A DNA stretch of 64,000 nucleotides from Candidatus Aceula lacicola. Lineage in GTDB: Bacteria > Omnitrophota > Gorgyraeia > Zapsychrales > Aceulaceae. Below, one piece after another: positions 60,042 to 64,000 of this stretch. The notes below the pieces were generated by a model. That model was not told the origin of the DNA, did not search any database, and saw only the letters and a list, made by a program, of their open reading frames with translations. Made by a program: the position numbers and the translations under genes. The stretch spans positions 872 through 64,871 of the forward strand of contig JAVCCC010000048.1 in the NCBI GenBank assembly GCA_030765785.1. Direction: 5' to 3'. The stretch's first letter is position 1. Each line of letters starts with the position of its first letter.

Positions 60042-61639
60042 CAAGCAACAAGGGGCATTTGAAGCGTATGAGAATTATTCAGTATTTTGTTTTGTTTGTT
60101 TTAGCCTTTGCGGTATGTTCAACAAAGACTTTTGCTGTTGGTCCTATTGATCAACCTAAGACGATTGTCTTTGAGGAAAAGCAGGAACCCTTCGAGGAGC
60201 GCATTAATCGAAAAATCACTTTGGATGTTCGCGATATGAACATCCTTGATGTTATTAAGTTTTTGGCCATCAAGGGTGATTTTAATGTTGTCACAAGCAA
60301 AAGCGTAGAAGGGCGCGTTACTCTGTATTTGAAAAGCGTATCGATTAAGGACGCGCTTGATATTATTTTGATATCAAATGCGCTTGCTTATCAAATTCAA
60401 AAAGATATTGTTCATGTCATGTCCGAGTCAGAATATGTTGCAACATATGGACGAAAGTTCAACGACCAAAGTATTGTCAAAACAATTCATTTGAATTATT
60501 CAAAACCAGAATATATTTTATCAACACTTGATAGCATTAAAAGCAGTTTGGGAAAAATTGTTATCGATGAGGACACAGGCACGGTTGTCATGATTGATAC
60601 GCCTGAGGCCATTGCAAAGATGGAAAAGGCTTTAAAAGAAATTGAAAAGCCAATGGAAGCATATACTTATACTTTGCAATATGCTAAGGCTGACGTGCTG
60701 GTTGAGAAATTTAAAGGTCATCTTGAGAACAATGCCGTTGGGTCTATTGTGGCCGATGAGAGATCAAATCAAATTGTTGTGCGAGCCTTACCAGGTCGAC
60801 GAGAAGAAATCATGAAAGTCATAAAAGATCTTGATACAAAAACCAAAGAGGTTTTGATTGAGGCGCAAATTGTTCAGATTACGTTTCGTCCGCAATACGA
60901 CATGGGGATTGATTGGAATTTGGATTTTCTTAATAGTTCTGATAAAGAGATCAGAAAGCTTAGCTTTGAAAATGTTTATCTTGATGCGGATAATTTAACA
61001 ACATCAGATCCTTTATTTTCTCAGTTTGGGAAAATTGCGTTTGGTAATATTAGTCAGGATCATTTTCATGCAAACATTCGCGCTCTCAGGCAGGTCAGCG
61101 ATACAAAGATTTTATCTAATCCACGAATACTTGTTACAAACGGGCAAGAGGCCAAGATTCATATTGGCGACACCATTCCCTATATTATTTCAACAATATC
61201 TGGAACCGGAGATAGTGCGATCACCAGCGAAGATGTTCGTTTTGTCGATGTAGGATTAAAGCTTGTTGTCTCTGCCAATATTAATGACAAAGGATTTGTC
61301 ACGATGAATTTAGCGCCAGAAATTTCGACGGTAACAAGTTATGTCGACTCGCAAGGCGGCGGTATTCCACAGGTTAACAAAACAGAAGTTGAGACATCTG
61401 TTATTGTTAAGGATGGCACAACGATTGTCATGGGTGGACTTAAAAAGGATGATAAAAAGCACATCAAAAAAGGTTTTCCGTTCTTGATGGATATTCCTTT
61501 TTTGGGAAATTTTTTTAGCGCAACAAGCGATGATATCACAACAACAGAAATTGTTATTTTTATCACTCCGCACATTGTGTCTGGTGAGGAACATTATTTA
61601 GATGCAAGAGGGACCATCAAGCCGTACAAGTCGTATTAA
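60038..61639 (+). CDS. Secretin (GspD/PilQ family)
   Basis: Signal peptide, N0 domain (ITLDVRDM.I.DV, V.GRVTL), two KH-like N domains, VLIEA.IV, LSNPRI, DVGLKL, GGL, PFL.DIPFLG.FF, IFITPHIV. Confidence 0.93.
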   Translation: MTSNKGHLKRMRIIQYFVLFVLAFAVCSTKTFAVGPIDQPKTIVFEEKQEPFEERINRKITLDVRDMNILDVIKFLAIKGDFNVVTSKSVEGRVTLYLKSVSIKDALDIILISNALAYQIQKDIVHVMSESEYVATYGRKFNDQSIVKTIHLNYSKPEYILSTLDSIKSSLGKIVIDEDTGTVVMIDTPEAIAKMEKALKEIEKPMEAYTYTLQYAKADVLVEKFKGHLENNAVGSIVADERSNQIVVRALPGRREEIMKVIKDLDTKTKEVLIEAQIVQITFRPQYDMGIDWNLDFLNSSDKEIRKLSFENVYLDADNLTTSDPLFSQFGKIAFGNISQDHFHANIRALRQVSDTKILSNPRILVTNGQEAKIHIGDTIPYIISTISGTGDSAITSEDVRFVDVGLKLVVSANINDKGFVTMNLAPEISTVTSYVDSQGGGIPQVNKTEVETSVIVKDGTTIVMGGLKKDDKKHIKKGFPFLMDIPFLGNFFSATSDDITTTEIVIFITPHIVSGEEHYLDARGTIKPYKSY

Positions 61640-61691
61640 AGAGATGATCTTTAGAATTTTTAATTTTGGTTTATTAAATAAAGAGGAGAGA

Positions 61692-62681
61692 ATGAAAAAA
61701 TCTTTTTCAAAAAATTATTTTCTGCATTGTCAGAATTTTATTCTGCCGTTGATTGCGCTTGTATTTTTGTGTTCGCCAGCCTTTGCTCAAAGCGATTCAG
61801 CGATGAGACCCAACAAGGTTATCGAGACAGAGATTGACGCGGATCAAATTATTGATAGCGCAACGCATGAGGACGCGAGGAGCGAAAGGGTGACAGTTTC
61901 ACGAGAAGAAAATCAAATGGCACGGATCAATAAGAGCTTGAGAAATCTTATTGATGAAAATCAAGCCTTAATGAAAAGCGGTGAAGCGCTGCAAGAAGAA
62001 CTTGAGAGATTAAGAGGTGAGAGAACCATCCAGGACAGCCGACTAAATGTGCTAGCCAAGGAAAGAAGCAATCTCCTCAAGCAATCAAGAGAAATTAACA
62101 ATATAAACCAGACGTATGAAAAACAAATTGCAGATTTGACCGCAAGCATTGAGCGAACAAAGGGTTTAACCCCAGAAGAAATTAGAATGCTTACTGAACT
62201 TGAATCAATTGTTGAAAAAGATGCGCCAGCTGCTTTTAGCAATCAGGCAGTAGAAATTGCCGTAGAAAACAAGGATGTGTCGCCGCGCTCTCAGATTTCT
62301 GTTGCAAAAGGGGTCGGGGAAATGGCTGAAGAGTTAGATGATCTGATTGAAGAAAATCAAATTTTACGAAAAGACACCATTAAACTTCACTATAATTTAG
62401 CCAATTTATTTTTTGAACAAGGGAAATATGAAATGGCAGCCGCAGAATACAAGCGCGTTTTGGATTTGATGCCACAGGATGCCGCAACGCACTATAATCT
62501 TGCGTTTGTCAGTGAAGAATATTTAGATGACTACAAAACCGCGTTAAAACATTATCAAGAATATTTGCTGATTGCTTCAAGCGCAGAGGATATCGGCGTT
62601 GTTAAAAATAGAATTTTGGAATTAAAATTAAAAATTCAAAATAAAATTAAATCGATTATTGATAAGGAAAGACCATATTAA
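61692..62681 (+). CDS. Exported coiled-coil plus TPR protein
   Basis: Signal peptide (AFA|QS), long heptad region, TPRs (HYNLA...AAAEYKRVL..P.DA..HYNLA); RBS GAGGAG supports ATG 61692. Confidence 0.8.
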   Translation: MKKSFSKNYFLHCQNFILPLIALVFLCSPAFAQSDSAMRPNKVIETEIDADQIIDSATHEDARSERVTVSREENQMARINKSLRNLIDENQALMKSGEALQEELERLRGERTIQDSRLNVLAKERSNLLKQSREINNINQTYEKQIADLTASIERTKGLTPEEIRMLTELESIVEKDAPAAFSNQAVEIAVENKDVSPRSQISVAKGVGEMAEELDDLIEENQILRKDTIKLHYNLANLFFEQGKYEMAAAEYKRVLDLMPQDAATHYNLAFVSEEYLDDYKTALKHYQEYLLIASSAEDIGVVKNRILELKLKIQNKIKSIIDKERPY

Positions 62682-62862
62682 GAAGTTTTTTTTTATGTCT
62701 TTTGCTTTGAATAGGTTAAATGCTTTTTTGAAATGAAAACGTTTTCTTTAGATCGCTTGTAAAGTATTTTATTTTCAGCAGTTTAGGTTGAAATGGTGTA
62801 GGTTATGTTTTATACTTATAACGGAAGAAAAAGGTAAAATTTATTTACTTATATTATTTATT

Positions 62863-64000
62863 ATGATGAAAAAACAACGCAATTATTTATTTCCTATCTC
62901 ACTCGTTTCTTCCAAGCAGGATTTTTTAAAACTAAGGCGCATTTTGTCCTTTGCGCTTTGTCTTGTTTGGGGATCTCTCCTTTTTTGCCCAGTATCTTTT
63001 GCCCAGTATGCTAGTGGTTCTGGTACGACGTCTGCGGTGGCCACCTCTGATGAAATGAGCTATGCGTATATCACTTTTGCTACTGAACCGAGCACAATTC
63101 TTGCTGGAGACTATATGAACTGCACCCTTAATCTTGTCAGTGGTCAAGGTGTTTTAGTTAACACGGGAACATGGTCTGATGACAATGTCATACTTAGCAT
63201 TTACAACAATCCTTCCACTTCTACCTTAGTAGGAACAACCTCTCGGCTTTTTTCAAGTGGTGTGGCGGCTTTTAACGATAGTTATGGATTGACGATAGGT
63301 TCTCTAGGTGAACTTTTTACGCTTAAGGCCACACTTACTAGCTGTCCGACTATTTATGGTATTTCGCGTGCGTTTGATGTTTATCCGGTTGACAGCGTTG
63401 ATGTTGTTTCTGAAGAAGTCGTACTAGATACTGTTACCAAAGATTTTGCTGTGGAAGGTAGTACTCTGGAAGGCGATACTCTGGATATAGGAACGCCGGC
63501 AGAGACAGGGGAGTATGATACGCGCTTTGATAATCTTGATGCTGCCGTTGCGGCTGTTGATTCTGCCGTTGCAGATGTTGATGCTGCCGTTGCAGTTGTT
63601 GGTGCTAATGTTTTAGTTGTTGGTGCTAATGTTTTAGTTGTTGATACTGTCGTTGACAATGTTGCTACTGACCTTAAAACTGTTGATGGTAATGTTGATC
63701 TAATCCTTGCCGAAATCGTCGGAGGAGGAACCCAAGATTTAGGTGAGTATGATGCGCGTTTTGATTCTATTGATGCAGCCCTTGCAGCTATGGGTGTTGT
63801 CGATTGGGCTGATATGGGAGATATGGTTGAGGATTATCGAGCGGGGGGATGGAGTTCCGTCGAGTGGCAGCTGTTGGATCATCAAATGACTCAACAGGGA
63901 ATGGGGGGATGGCATTCGGATGAATGGACCAAGTTAAGATATTTCGTTGACGGTTATGGGAATTCTGGCTGGGCCACTTTGGATTGGAACAATTTAGAGA
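62863..64000 (+). CDS. Large secreted repeat protein, 3'-truncated (absent from the ORF track)
   Basis: Stop-free frame from ATG 62863 to the window end: signal peptide (SFA|QY), Ig-like beta domain, Val-rich heptads, two GEYDxRFD..DAA motifs, Trp-rich repeats. Confidence 0.85.
   Translation, partial: MMKKQRNYLFPISLVSSKQDFLKLRRILSFALCLVWGSLLFCPVSFAQYASGSGTTSAVATSDEMSYAYITFATEPSTILAGDYMNCTLNLVSGQGVLVNTGTWSDDNVILSIYNNPSTSTLVGTTSRLFSSGVAAFNDSYGLTIGSLGELFTLKATLTSCPTIYGISRAFDVYPVDSVDVVSEEVVLDTVTKDFAVEGSTLEGDTLDIGTPAETGEYDTRFDNLDAAVAAVDSAVADVDAAVAVVGANVLVVGANVLVVDTVVDNVATDLKTVDGNVDLILAEIVGGGTQDLGEYDARFDSIDAALAAMGVVDWADMGDMVEDYRAGGWSSVEWQLLDHQMTQQGMGGWHSDEWTKLRYFVDGYGNSGWATLDWNNLE
63538..63705 (+). 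repeat. Eight in-frame 21-bp (heptad) repeats
   Basis: DAAVAAV DSAVADV DAAVAVV GANVLVV GANVLVV DTVVDNV ATDLKTV DGNVDLI; 63601-63621 and 63622-63642 are identical. Confidence 0.9.

Noticed and set aside
63381-63659. 92-aa Thr/Ala-rich minus-strand ORF
   Set aside because: Antisense shadow of the GTT-rich heptad repeats of the + strand gene.

Overview
AT-rich bacterial chromosome segment, standard code, almost all genes on the + strand. Gene content and order look like Candidatus Omnitrophota (PVC); this is an inference, not a database result. Order: 5'-truncated ftsK-rodZ-rimO-pgsA-pgpA, a triple-hairpin repeat, a YccA/BI-1 gene, inverted cinA; ribBA-ribH-nusB-PHP-ribD-ribE followed by a catalytically dead FabF-like protein, fabG, fabZ; tRNA-Pro(CGG), acyP, metallophosphoesterase, ligA, lipoprotein, xerD, CCA-type nucleotidyltransferase, rbfA-nrnA-truB-ribF. 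A dcw cluster (mraZ to ftsA) has an inserted HExxH peptidase, lacks murB and ftsZ, and runs straight into an aminosugar/GtrB/GT-C glycosylation locus. Then a decayed tRNA, tRNA-Arg(UCG) with two covarying leader hairpins, gcvT-H-PA-PB plus lipoate ligase, an EF-hand protein, an S41 protease with swapped Lys/Gln, an orphan ATP-synthase-delta-like protein, GT2 genes, and an ExeA/PilP-like/secretin/TPR module. The window ends in an unannotated, 3'-truncated, repeat-rich secreted protein. No CRISPR array, prophage or IS element was seen. Best leads: the tRNA-leader hairpin repeats, the ftsZ-less dcw fused to a lipid-linked sugar pathway, tandem NrdR-like boxes before mraZ, the permuted S41 triad, the dead ketosynthase, and the secretin module with its fibre-like neighbour.
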